This document shows positions 22,341-34,593 of a DNA stretch of 64,000 bases, piece by piece (position 1 is the stretch's first letter; the number at the start of each line of letters is the position of its first letter). A program made the position numbers and the translations under genes. Source of the stretch: Lama guanicoe (taxonomy: Eukaryota). The notes below the pieces were generated by a model, which saw only the letters and a list, made by a program, of their open reading frames with translations, searched no databases and was not told where the DNA came from. The stretch covers positions 9,579,186 through 9,643,185 of the forward strand of contig MU054323.1 of NCBI GenBank assembly GCA_013239625.1, in the 5' to 3' direction.

Positions 22341-24959
22341 CTTTCCCACCACACCACCAAGGCGTGCCCTAAAACAATCTGTCTGGAGAATTTCCTTCCT
22401 TTTTTGAGAGGGAAGGAGAGAACCAGAAGCATTTGATCCCATGTCGATTAGGAGTTCACACAATCATCCGGCAGCTTGGAGGAAGCCTTGGGGGCAGCAT
22501 CCTAGAACTTCGGCCCTTTGGGTTCCTGGCCCTGGGGTCTATTCTATGAAACTTACTTCTGCCTTCCCAGCCTCCCCCAGGGGGAGGAGCCTGTTACCAG
22601 GAGCTGCCTGGTGCCTCACTGCCCTCCTCCTGAGCCTGCCCCGGAGGCTCCCTCTGAGGCCAGCGGTGGTGACTTGGTGGGGGCAGGGGAGGGTGTGTGT
22701 GGCTTGTGGGTGGGTATAGGTGGTGCTGACACACTTAAGCTGTAATCCTGTTGTCACTGTCTCTGAACACTTTCTATGGCAAGAGCTCCCGCAGGTTGCC
22801 CTACACCTCAACAGATAGGGGGAGACTTTCTAGGGCAAGTGGGAGCCCAAACATGTCCAGAAGCAGCAAGAGGGAAGGGAAGCTGAAATGAACCAGGGCC
22901 AGGTCTCTGTCTTTTCTGCCCCTCATCAGTGAGGGACCAGGGTGGCTGGCTGGGCCTCAAGGGAAAGCTGATACCTTTCCGTGGTGAGCCCTGAACCCGG
23001 GACTGCGGTGGGGCTGTGAGGCTCTCCTGAGAATGCTCTTGGGCTCAGGGTGAGATGGGTTCAGGAGCAGGAAGTGTTCAGGGCCTTGGCCAAGTGACCT
23101 TGTGATCTCAGCCCATAGCCGATCCCTGCAGAGAACAGGGCACCTGCGTCTGTGGACTCTGAGTCTCCAGTTAATTTGGATTCTTTCAGGACTCAGAAAA
23201 AACATCAGAGAGAAGAACTGTGAATCGCATCTTCTTTCTAGCACTTTCTAGCTGCGAGAGGACTCAGACTGCGTCTCATCTGATCATTGCAGAAACCTTG
23301 TGGAAGCCAGGGCAGGTCCTAGTAATCCCATTTTAGAAAAGGGGAATCTGAGGCCCAGGAGGTTCAGTGATTTTTCCACATTCACCCAGAAGTACCACAT
23401 CTGTGTTTGGTTCCCAGGCTGCCTGACACCTCTCAGAGGAGAGACTGTTGAGTCGTTGGCTTTTCTGGGGGAGGCGGAGGACAGGGCTTGAGGAGGAGAG
23501 TGGAGCCAGGACTCCCGTGCGAAATTCTAAGACCAGGTCTTTGGAAGGGGCCTGAAGACTAACAGGAATGTTACCAGATGGATGGGTTCAGGCTCAGCGC
23601 TCCCACCTGGAGGCTGCTGCGGAGGGCAGGTGGGGGTGAGGGGTACAGCGATGCTCTGCTCTGCTTTGCTGTTGGGACATCACAGCGATACACCTGAAGG
23701 GCTGCTGCCGGGAGCGTCCTGGGGACTCTGGCCTGGGCCCAGTCAGGGGAGCGGCTCCCTCCCTCACAGGGTGGCTGGCGATCAAGGCAGCATCTCTCGG
23801 TGGGGCAGCTTCTCTCTTGCCCCTCCCAAAAGTGGCTTCAGCCTCTTCCCTATGTGTCTGTTGAGGACACAGGTCTTATTCTCTCAGAATCTTCTAAGTC
23901 CCTGGTACTGCCCTTGGCACATAGGAGGTGTGCGGTAGTGTCTGTTAACTGAATGGGGTGCTCTTTCCTTTTGAACTGCTCCCTGTCTTGGCCCACAGCC
24001 ATCTCCTCACATCACCTCTGCCTGTGTGGGGCTGAGTAGCCGTTCCCTGGAAGGGCTCTGTGCAAATGGCATCAGCCCTGCTTAGAGGAGCAGAGGAGCT
24101 CTTGCCCTCTGGCCTGAGCCACAGCCCCCTACTCAGCCTCACTGTAAGGAGCTGGATTGTAAACTCTGTAGGGGGAGTTTTGTTCATTTGGTCTGCTGAC
24201 CAATCTTTAATCCTTCAAGCCGTGCCTGGCATGTGCTTGTTGGTTGAATGAGTGGGTGTGGTGGGCACCTGCTGAACCTGCGGGCTCCCGTCTTTCTGTG
24301 GGTCCTGTCCAGCCCAGCACTGTGCCAGGCACCCTGGTGAGTCCTTGGGCTTGAACAATGAGCAGCTGGCACGCTGGGGCTGGCAGAAGAAGTTGGGAGT
24401 GGAGTGGCATCCCCAGCACTCCCTCTGGCAACAGAACATTCCCCCCTGGGTTGTTCTCACTCTGGGCCCAGCTACTTAATCAAATGGGGATAATGAGGCT
24501 TGCAGCGCAGGCAGGGTGATGGGGAGGAGTAATTAGCCAGAGTTTGGAGGAAGCTGCTTAAGTGGGCAGGGCCTGGCCCAGCTGGCACGAGGGGACTCTC
24601 TGGGGGAAGCAGCCAGCTCATCCTCTTGGGCCTTGGCACCGAATCAGGGCTGACATGACACATGCTACCGTCATGCCTGGGCTGGCGAGCCCCTGACCAC
24701 GGCTGCCCTGTTTTCTCCTCAAACCTGCGACATCACCTTCTGGGGATTTGGCTCCAGGTGTCCTCCCTGTCATCCAGACAGCAGTGAGCTGCATGTTCTG
24801 GGACCTCTGAGCCCAGCCACACTCCTCTGCCTTCCTCCCTCCCCTCCTCAGTCCCAGAGGGCTTCTTCCCCTACTTAAAATGCAGTTAAAAACCAAAAAG
24901 CTGGTGAACCATGTACTGGAGCCTAACCGCCTAACCGTGATCCTCGACCTTGGCTCTAG

Positions 24960-25151
<192 letters not shown>

Positions 25152-27039
25152 TAGGGGCTTATGTATGAGTCAGTGGAGACAAACATTCCTTCCTTTCAGC
25201 CCTGAGTTAGCACTGCCTTGATTAACAAGGGACTTAGGGGAGGGGGCTGGCCTTCAGCAACAGCCCGGGCCCAGAGGGAGAGACCTGGAAGGGCTTCTTG
25301 GGCCTGAGTGGTCCCTGCACTAAGGCCAGCTGGGCCTCCCGGGTGAGGGATGGCAGAGGGTGTCCGCATTGCCAGGCCTGGGCAGGGCAGGCCCAGACCT
25401 GCCCCCTCCAGGGCTACTTCCCAAAGTTCCAGCCACCCCCATGCCTGCCGCCAGCATGAGCGGCCCAGCCTCACTTCAGAGATTTAGTTTGGGCAGCAAG
25501 GAGACCTGCTGTCTGAGCCCCTTCACCTCTGCAGGGTCTTCTGCTCTCCGGGTCTCTTGGGGATGGCTTACATGCAGCTGAGTTGTACTATCTTGGGGTT
25601 TTCTCGTAACCTCCACGCACAGGAGCATTCCCCGCCTCTGCTATGAGCCTGAAGCTGTCACCTTGGTACCTCACGCTGCCCTCATGAGTCATTCTCCCCT
25701 GCTGCCTAATTGCCCACACCTGGGGGCCCATGGCTCTGCCCTTCCCTCTCGAAAGCTTGACCTGACCAACGTCACGTAAGTCCCTCCAGAGCCCAGCCCT
25801 ACAGGGTGGCCGTCTGCCATGCGGAGGAAGCCCAAAGCCAGGAGTAGCTCTCCTGGGTGGAATGTTTTCAAAGTGAGGAGGTGAAGGAGACCCTGTCGGT
25901 GGTCCTCACAATGATTGGCCAGGATGGTGCTTTGGAAATCATAATTACCTGGCACATCCCATTACTTTATTTAATCCTCCCAGTTACCATCCACCTGCTT
26001 CTGTTTCCCTTTGTCCATCTGGAGCCCTCACTCTTGGGTCTTGAGTGTGCACTGTGTGAATTCTGTGGTGCTGGTAGTAATGTCCCGTGGAGGTGACAGA
26101 GTTGGGAAAGATGAGTGGGGGTTCTCGGACGCCAGGGGAGGTGGATCTGTTAGTGATCAGCACTCCATGGGAGATTCCCCCAGGACAGCCCTCCCCACTG
26201 CGAACTCTTTGAGGAGCCACGCCCCCGGGTCTACCCAGGGTACTCCTCCCACCAGCCCAGAATAGCCTGCCCTCCGAGGCCCCTCTGCTTCCCTCGCTCA
26301 GAAGCCTCACACCCTACTCCCCCGCCTCCCCACGACCCAGCCACGCAGGCCCCTGAGCCACATCCTCCACAGGAAACCTCTCAGAAGCTCATGACGTTCA
26401 TCAAACCCTTGAGACAGATGGAAACTTTTTTTCACTCCGGAATATGCTGTACTCTGCTTACCAGAGCTCTGGCCCGTGTCAGCTCATTCTTGAACAGGAA
26501 TCTGTGTTAGGGAAAAGTGGGGACGAGGGCGGTGATACACTCCTTTTTGTCTTCCGTAACAACGCCCTCCATGTGGCTTTGCTGCCTCTCCGGCTGACGT
26601 GAAAGGAGGGGTGAGGTTCTTCCAGTGGGTCCCTGCCGTCCTCACGTGCCTGCCCAGGCCATCAGGGGTCTCATCTGTTAAAGCACAGGGGCTGAACTGA
26701 ATGTTCTCCCGGGTTCTGCGAGTCCTGAAACATGCTCTTTACTTAGAACAAAAAAGGGAAGAGGGGCAGTGATGATCCAGCTGGGATGGACTGAGCATTT
26801 CCTACAAGCTGCACACCGTCCTAGGCGTGTGTGTGCAGACAGAAATCTCCACTGTTATGCAGTTTAGAGTTGAGAGTGTGTCCACGGGCGAGCTGGATGG
26901 GGTGAGGAGGTCTGAGGAGAGAGGCGTGAGGCGCGTGCTGGGCTCCCTTCCCCCGCCAGATCTCACTGTTACTCACCCTGCAGGGGTACCGGGGGCCATC
27001 CTGGCCCCAAGACAGAAGAGCATACTAGTGTATGGTTTC

Positions 27040-27265
27040 TGGTGTCAGATACATTGGGGTCAAACCTGGGCTACCCTATCTGCTTGCTCTGTGACATGGG
27101 GCAAATTATTAAACGTCTTGGAAACTCAGTTTTCTTATCTGCCAAATGGGTTGCTGAAATACCCGCTTAAAAAACTGCTAGATTGAATGAGATAATGCCT
27201 GTGAAATGCTTAACACGGTGCCTGGCACAAAGGAAGTGCTCAACCATGGAGGCCACAGTGGTTAA
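27040..27265 (+). mobile_element. MIR SINE in FOSL2 intron 3
   Basis: ggttcaaacctgggct...ctcagttttcttatctgccaaatggg...gcttaacacggtgcctggcacaaaggaagtgctcaa. Confidence 0.75.
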
Positions 27266-27487
27266 TTCACCTTTCCTCCAAGCCAACTTCCCTCTTTTCT
27301 CAATCTGAAGCTTTGGGAATAAAAGGAATCTTGAACCTCCAGGTGGCTCAGAGGCAGTGGGGTATGAGCTGGCTGCCTTCATGGTCAGTCCTCTGAGGAC
27401 ATGGCTGGCTTTCCCTTTCCCACCGGGATTGGATGCCCCTTCCCTACCCCTGCCACTGCCCCTCACATGCCCCTCTTCCCGCTGCAG

Positions 27488-28009
27488 GAAACGGAGGAGC
27501 TGGAGGAGGAGAAGTCAGGCCTGCAGAAGGAGATTGCCGAGCTGCAGAAGGAGAAGGAGAAGCTGGAGTTCATGCTGGTGGCCCATGGGCCTGTGTGCAA
27601 GATCAGCCCCGAGGAGCGCCGATCTCCCCCAGCCTCCGGGCTTCAGCCCCTGCACAGCGGGAGCAGCGGAGGAGTGGGTGCCGTGGTGGTGAAGCAGGAG
27701 CCCCCGGAAGAGGATAGCCCCTCGTCCTCGTCGGCGGGGCTGGACAAGGCCCAGCGCTCCGTGATCAAGCCCATCAGCATTGCTGGGGGCTTCTACGGGG
27801 AGGAGCCCTTGCACACCCCTATTGTGGTGACCTCCACTCCTGCCATCACTCCAGGCACCTCGAACCTCGTCTTCACCTACCCCAGCGTCCTGGAGCAGGA
27901 GTCGCCCGCTTCACCCTCCGAGTCCTGCTCCAAGGCCCACCGCAGAAGCAGTAGCAGTGGGGACCAGTCGTCAGACTCCTTGAACTCCCCCACTCTGCTG
28001 GCTCTGTAA
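27488..28009 (+). CDS. FOSL2: FOSL2 coding exon 4: leucine zipper and C-terminal tail, aa 155-327 plus stop
   Basis: Acceptor cttcccgctgcag|GAA. Encodes the zipper [33 protein letters not shown], a VKQE SUMO-type motif, an FTYP ERK-docking motif and the Fos-type end SPTLLAL, then TAA. Confidence 0.98.
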   Translation, partial: ETEELEEEKSGLQKEIAELQKEKEKLEFMLVAHGPVCKISPEERRSPPASGLQPLHSGSSGGVGAVVVKQEPPEEDSPSSSSAGLDKAQRSVIKPISIAGGFYGEEPLHTPIVVTSTPAITPGTSNLVFTYPSVLEQESPASPSESCSKAHRRSSSSGDQSSDSLNSPTLLAL

Positions 28010-31000
28010 CCCAGCTCCCAGAGGGGTCCTCATCACTGCCTCCTTCCCAGGGACCAGCACCTTCTAGCACTCCAGGGCCGTGAGGGCAAGAGGGGGAACC
28101 TGCTGGAGAGCTTCCTGGCTCTGGGAGACCCAAGGGGATTTGGTGGTGAGGCATTGGAGGACTTGGATGATCACCTGAAAGTCATGGGACCTCCTCCCTT
28201 GTTCATCTGGCAAAGCAAATCCTGTTTCTTGAAAAGCCTTGGAGAACTTCATTTGGTGGACTCTGGCATCTCTCTGGCTTCTGAAGAGCTTGAAGCTGGT
28301 GTGGACCGTTCCTGTCCCTTTGTTACGACATGTCTCTGGAGTGATGGTGTCTTTCCCCGCCCCACCAAGCATGCTCAGTGCCTTTTGGTTTCACCTCCCC
28401 TCTATTTGCCCCTTCCTTCCCCCAGTGTCAATTTTACTTCCTCTTGGTTTTTATCAAATTCACCATGACATTTCATCTGGGTGGTCTGAATATTAAAGCT
28501 CTTCATTTCTGGAGATGGGGCAGCAAGTGACTCTTCTGCTGGGGCTGGCTCGTCCAGAAGGGGACAGTCAATGTGCAATACAGAACCTTCCCTCCCCTGA
28601 AACTCCCCAGCCCACCACCATCTCCAGAACCAGCAGCAGGGCTCCATGAGCTCTCACGGAGATGCTGCCATCACGGAGGCTTGGAGGACCCTCCCTCCCC
28701 ATCCTCAGACATGGCCTTTGGAGGAGCGGCTTGGCCAGAAGACAGGGTATGAGTGAGACAGCTCGGGCACAGATTGGGTTTGCCAAACGCCTAATTACGA
28801 GGCGAGGAATAGTGCCAACAAGCCACAAGAGTGTCCTAGCCAGCTTCCCTTCACCCGGCGTCTTGAGTAGGACGTCTCCTGTAATTACTGCCCCACCATT
28901 CTGCCCCTGGACCCTTCTCTCCAGACCAAGGAGGCACCCCTAGGAACCTCACATCACTCCCAAGTCCCTGCAGGCTCCGCCCTCCCCCACCCTGCCTCTC
29001 AGGGTGACGCCACCCATGGAGGTTTAATGAGCGTTGGCCTGGCCCCTCCCCAGATTGCTGCTGTGTGGCCCCTCCCCAGGCCTCAGAGGCTCCTCTGCTA
29101 TGGATGGAAAGGCAGGGGGAGGAAGGAGGGAGGCAGCTGGAGTGGGGATCGCCTCACAGCAGCCCCAGTACCTGCTTCTCGCCTCTCAGTGAGGTGCCAG
29201 GCCTTTTCTACCCTCTGTGGTCACCTGCTGCCTGATGGATCTAGTGCTTGCTCTCTTACACTCCCCTGCCCCCTTGCCCCCCTGTGCTCCTCAGGTCCGT
29301 CAGCCAGCTGTGGCTTGCAGCTTATGCGCCATTCCTGGGGGCTGCTGAAATCAGAGATGAGATGTGTTGCTTCCCACTGCCAGCAAGCTGCCCCCTTCCT
29401 ATGGCTTGGGGGGTGAGGAAGGGGGTCCTCCTGCCTCCCCAAGAGCACAGCTTGGCAGAGTTCAGCGTGGTCCCTGCCCCTCACCTCTCTGAGCCCTTTT
29501 CTCCCCAGGGCATAGCTCCCACCCATCTTCCAGGATTGGCCTCTGCTGGGCTAGTGCTCTGAGGGAGACCTCGCTGTTGTGATTCATCTCTAGAGATCAT
29601 CGTGTGATAACTTAAAACTATATGGATATTCTTTAAATCAACCTAGTGGGGATTAAATCTCAAAGTTGGACTCAGGAGCGAGGGAGAAAGAGTGACACAG
29701 TTGCTCACCTGTTCCTTCAACAGCCAGGCCTCTCACGCTGGCCGTTGTTTAATGTCCATCATCCACTTACTGAGCACTAGCCACAGAATGGAACAGCTGT
29801 ATGCCTGAAATACACAGCCCGCTATGACTGGAAGTGACGTGTGGAGGGACAGGGCACACAGAGAGAGGAGGCTGAAAGATAAAGGAAGGATCTGTTCCCA
29901 GATGCTCTAACGATGTTATTTCCCACATTCCTTGGCTGTGATGCCCTCCCAGTTTCCCAGAGGTTCTGGGAGCAGCGCTCCTGATAAGATTGGGCAGTTG
30001 GGTTTCTGGCTTCACATTAATCAAAGAAGCCAGGAGACAGGCGAAGAGAACAGGGGTGCGCTCAGCTCTGAAAGGCTTAATCATCTCAAGTGGCATTTGT
30101 GGCCAACTGGGAGCTATATATATATATATTTCTTAAATGAAGCTGCTTTCTGGTGTTTTATTTCTCAAAATCCCTTTGTGCCCCTCTTTGCACTGATCCC
30201 AAGGCAGCTCCTGATCTGTGACTTGGGGCCAGGCTGTAATGTTCTTGAGATGGAGTTTGGCTTTCGTTCAGATTTCAGTTCTGTGTTGGCTTTGGGACCA
30301 GCAGAAAGCAAAAAATCCGGCTGCCCCGCAGGACTTTCGAGGCCTCCAAGCTGTGTTTCTATTCAGGACCCTCTGGCTTTGTTCTGGGAGGTAGTTTGGT
30401 CTCTCCAAAGCCAGAGGTTATCGGGGAAGGCTGAATATTCACACCTGACTCACAGTTACACGTCCTCAGTTACCTCTGGCTGGTTCTGCAAGTTCACGCC
30501 GGACACCAGGCCTGCCGCCTCCTCCCCCGTGGAGCTGGCTCAGGGAGCAGCTGCAGCGGGCCTTTGTGCCTGGGCTGGGAACCGCTGTGTTTTCCCCGTG
30601 TCCCCAGCCGTGAGGCAGCTGGTGCGCACTCCAGCTGGGCTGCAGGCAGCTCTGGGATGGCACAGGGCAGGCACTCCTTGACAGGCTGCTGTGAAACACA
30701 CGGTCCCCTTGGCGCCCTGGCCGGCCTCTCTGGGACTAGTCCTCTTCCTGACCGGGTGGGTGGGGATAGCTGCTGACACAGGAAAGAGAGGAGATCCCAG
30801 GTGAAGCTTAGGAAATCACCAGAGCCAACTCGGATTCACTGGGGAAGTTTTCGGAAAGAAATCGTTGTTCTGCTTGTGAGAAAGGCCTGGTGTGTCCACC
30901 ATGGGCAGTCCCACAGCATCTCAAAGCCAAGGGCCATCAGCGGCTGTTGCTTCCCTTTCTCAGGCTTTGGGGAAGGGAGTCTCCTCTGCTCCCGCTTGGC

Positions 31001-31590
31001 TCCATTTTAAAGAGGAGCTCAACATGGAGGCACTGGGTCTTTTCTCCCCCTTTCCTTGATGGACCAGTAGTGCTCCTTGCAATCTCACCTTTTAACTTCC
31101 AGGTTGATCTCCTTCCATGATCAGACATCCACGTGGCCTCTTTAAGAAGCAAAGAATAGCACCTACCATGTGCCGGGCCCTGCGTTAGGCACTTTTATAC
31201 ATATACCCTCTTTAGGATGAGACTAAGTGATGAGGACTTCCCTCATTAAAGGCCCCCATGTAAGGGATACACAAAAGCACTTGGAGGTGAGAAGGTCTTT
31301 CTCCAAAGATCCAAGGCAAGATTGCCTTTGATCCGAGGTTTGTTCTCAAAGACCCACCCCTTACAATATCCTCCCATCTCTCAACTTCTTTGCCCTGGGA
31401 TTTGCTCCTTTGCATTCTTCAGATGGTTGGAAGGGTAACCTGAGTCCTTATAGAATTTGTGGACCAATAGGATATGTGGTGTGTGTACCTTTCTTTCGAA
31501 AACTGAAGTAAAGGGGTCTTGCTATTTTCTGCTTGTTGAGTCTTCTTGGCATTCATCTTAAAAGCCAGCATCTCACTATTTATTGACAAG

Positions 31591-31627
<37 letters not shown>

Positions 31628-32800
31628 CATTTCTAGGTGTTTCTAGGCCCATGTCCTCCTGCAGCTTTTAAAAAAGAAACCCAGTCATCCCACTACTAAA
31701 TTGACACCTTCTCATGCTTCTAGTATTTTGGCCATACATCAACAGAGGGTTTTAATTTTCCAATGCTGACATGTTCAGGAGGAGCTGGGTCAAATTTTGA
31801 GCGGGGTATGGGAACAGGAGGCGGAGAAGAAATTGACATTTATTTTATTATTTATTTTAAATGTTTACATCTTTGTGTTGTACCACGCCCAAATAGAAAA
31901 AGATAGCATTAAAATGCTCAGTTCCTCTCTCCCTCTCTTTCTTCTTTACAATTTTAAAAAAAATTTAGGCTAATGATGCTTTTTGTTTGTTTCTAAAATG
32001 ATTTGTGACTTGTGCTGTATAAACTGTATAAAAAGGTTCTGTTTTTAAAGATGGACTGTCATTCCTTTGGGGACAGTAGTCACCAAGAAGTCTACATTGT
32101 AAGAGAACATAAGGAAAGATCCTGCCCTGTTCCTCAAAAATTGTTTTCTCTGTATGATTAAAAGTTTATTCCATTTATTTTAGTTTGTGGTTACTTGATG
32201 TCAAGGAAGAAAATTTTCACCTTTGTATAAAGAATAGGTATCAGGGTGTTTTTTCCTGCAGTGAGAGATGTATATATAGTATTTTGGTATATAGTGGACA
32301 ATCATAAGCTTTGTGCATCTGTATTTGAGGTATGTCGATGATGTGGAGTAAAGACTGCTATAAAATCCTGAGGCAAAAAAAAAAGTTGTATAAGATTCCT
32401 ATAACTTGATGGGGAATTTAATTATCTTTCTGAGCACCTTTTTTTTTTCCTTTTTTTTAAAGTATTGGTGAAATGGTCCCATTGGAAAGACTTCTAAATA
32501 GGCCTCTCCAGGCAGGACCATGAGCTCAAAAATCTTTGTATAGTTTTGAAAATTGAGGAGTAGCTTTGCTCTGAAGCATCTCTGGTGGTGTTCTGTTGTT
32601 TTGTTTTGTTATTTTACTGTAATACAAGCCTACAGTATTTGCACTAAAGAAAGCTTGTTAGAAAAAGCTTGCTGCTATGGAAGAAAGAACATACTAGAAC
32701 TTTTTTTTTCCTTTTTCCTTTTTTTTTTTTTTTTGGTTAGCTTTTCCACTTTCAATTGAGTAGCATTTTGTAGAATAAAATGAATTAAGATTGAAGAGCC
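28010..32800 (+). other. FOSL2: FOSL2 long 3' UTR
   Basis: Repeat-poor sequence after the stop codon. Becomes AU-rich from ~31400 and ends at a well-formed poly(A) site. Confidence 0.75.
31594..31624 (+). repeat. (TG)15 microsatellite in the FOSL2 3' UTR
   Basis: Uninterrupted TG run. Confidence 0.95.
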
Positions 32801-32830
32801 TCTGATGGTTGGTTTATTCTATCATTTCTT
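32769..32830 (+). terminator. Distal polyadenylation signal of FOSL2
   Basis: U-rich tract 32701-32734, TGTA 32769-32772, AATAAA 32774-32779, downstream GU/U-rich tggttggtttattctatcatttctt. Confidence 0.8.
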
Positions 32831-34465
32831 CCCATCTCTCCTGTCACTTCTCTTTGTCTTCTAGATTTTTCTACTTTTGGCCCGTGGGCAGAGTTGGTCT
32901 CTGGTGGGAATGGGGAAGCAGGGAATGGCTCCCCTGGAACCTGTTTCTGCAAAACTGAGGTGAGCTGCTGAGAGGGGCCTCAAACTCCCCCACCTCCCTT
33001 TCTCGTCCTTCTTTCTCCCCTGGATCCTCTCCAACCTCTTCCAATCCTGCTCCCCACTTCTCAGGGCCTGATTCTCAGCCAGCTGCCAAGTACTGCCAAG
33101 GTGTGAGCCAGTAAAGTTCCTGTCCCTTCGTGGGGGTATCTTGTTTGACCAAAGTTGACTCTGGAAACCCAGGAATCTTCAAAAAGCCAATCAAAGTTAT
33201 TGCTCACATTGTCCAGGTGGTCACATGAGATCATGCACAGGAAAGGGCTCTGAAAATGACCAAGGCATGCAAGTAAGTGGGACGATCACAGCTCCAGATT
33301 TCCTTTTTGAATAGATGCAGGTTGTTGGGTGTGGAACACTGAGAAGTGTCAGCCAGACCCCATTGCCCTGTAGCCCGGGAAACCCAGGGTGGATGAGGAG
33401 CATCTGTGCTGGGTGGTGTGCCGGCAGCCTAAACGGTGTGCAGGCACACCTGTCATTAGTTAGCGCTGGCTGATAGGTAGGCCCTGAAATGGCACCACTC
33501 CCCACTAACCTGCTTAAGACGACCTCAGGGTATAGCCAGAGGACCCAAGAGCACTGGACTGTGAGTCACGGGGCCCTGAATCCTAGGTCTGCCCCCACTA
33601 CTTACTGGCCATTGAACCTCTCTGAGCCTTAGTTTCCTCTGTGTAAAGGAGGAGGGTAATGATAGTACGATAAGAGCACTCCCACTGGGAGGATTCTGAC
33701 GTCTCCTCCCCTCCCTTTGGAGAGGGCCCGGGGTATAAGGGAACGGGGGACTCAAAACTCTCAGCACCAGGCTTCCGAGTGGCCACTTCTGCCTGAGTAA
33801 CAACACAGACAGAGTCTGGGGTGTCTCAGCGGTCCCTGTATTTTCCTGAGCAACTGGTGTGTCTCTGTGGTGTAAGTGTCAAGGAGGCAGATGCTGGGAA
33901 TGTTGACATCGGCTTCTGTCGGCTTTCGGGATGATGCTGTCCGGAGAGAAGCATGTGTTTCTGCTTGTCTCTCATGCCTAGGCACTGCAATAACATTTTT
34001 CACCTTCCAGCAACACTTCAAAATCTACTTGGTTTGTTTAAATTCCCACCTCTTCACCCACTTTGGCAATTAGAGAGGCTGATGGTTGCCAGGTGCTTAT
34101 TAGATGGCGTCATCAGCAGTCCTGCTTCTCTGAGCAGTTGTAACGCCGTAAAAGCATCCAGACGGCTTTTTAGCCTTTTATTGAGAAAAACAACAAGAGG
34201 CCACCGCTGTTTGGCTCTAACAGGGGCTGTTGGGGAATTTTGCAGTCACTGCTGGGTCTAGACTGTTTTGGTAAAGTGATCTGGGTTGATGGTAAATTCC
34301 ATTGATTAACTTTCCAACAAAGTTGGAGTTTGAAAGATTAAGCAGGGTTTTCTTCCTTGGGAAAGATGTCTTGCTGAGGGATTCCTGGGACGGTCCCCTT
34401 TTGCTGGACCTAGAGTTTCCCAAGTAAACACAACTTTGTCACCGGGCTTTCTTTGTTCACTGGAC

Positions 34466-34593
34466 CGCCGCTGAGTAAGGGAAGAGGAATTTCTCCTGGA
34501 GCTGGTATTTTCCAAGGCAGTCTGCAATGTTTGTCTCTTGGGCTACTGAGTGAGACGATGTATGTGAAGGCCTATGAAAAGGTATGATGTGCT
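34466..34593 (-). repeat. Left arm of a local inverted repeat (partner 35864-35984)
   Basis: The reverse complement of 34466-34539 matches 35911-35984 at 63/74 positions without gaps. 34546-34593 matches 35864-35910 with one gap. Confidence 0.9.

Noticed and set aside
27488..28009. Possible deltaFosB-like exitron in exon 4
   Set aside because: Only a weak donor-like GGA|GTGGGT was found, with no convincing paired acceptor.
29932..30681. 249-aa ORF, the longest in the track
   Set aside because: Lies in the FOSL2 3' UTR, starts at TTG, runs through a (TA)n repeat and resembles no protein I recognise.
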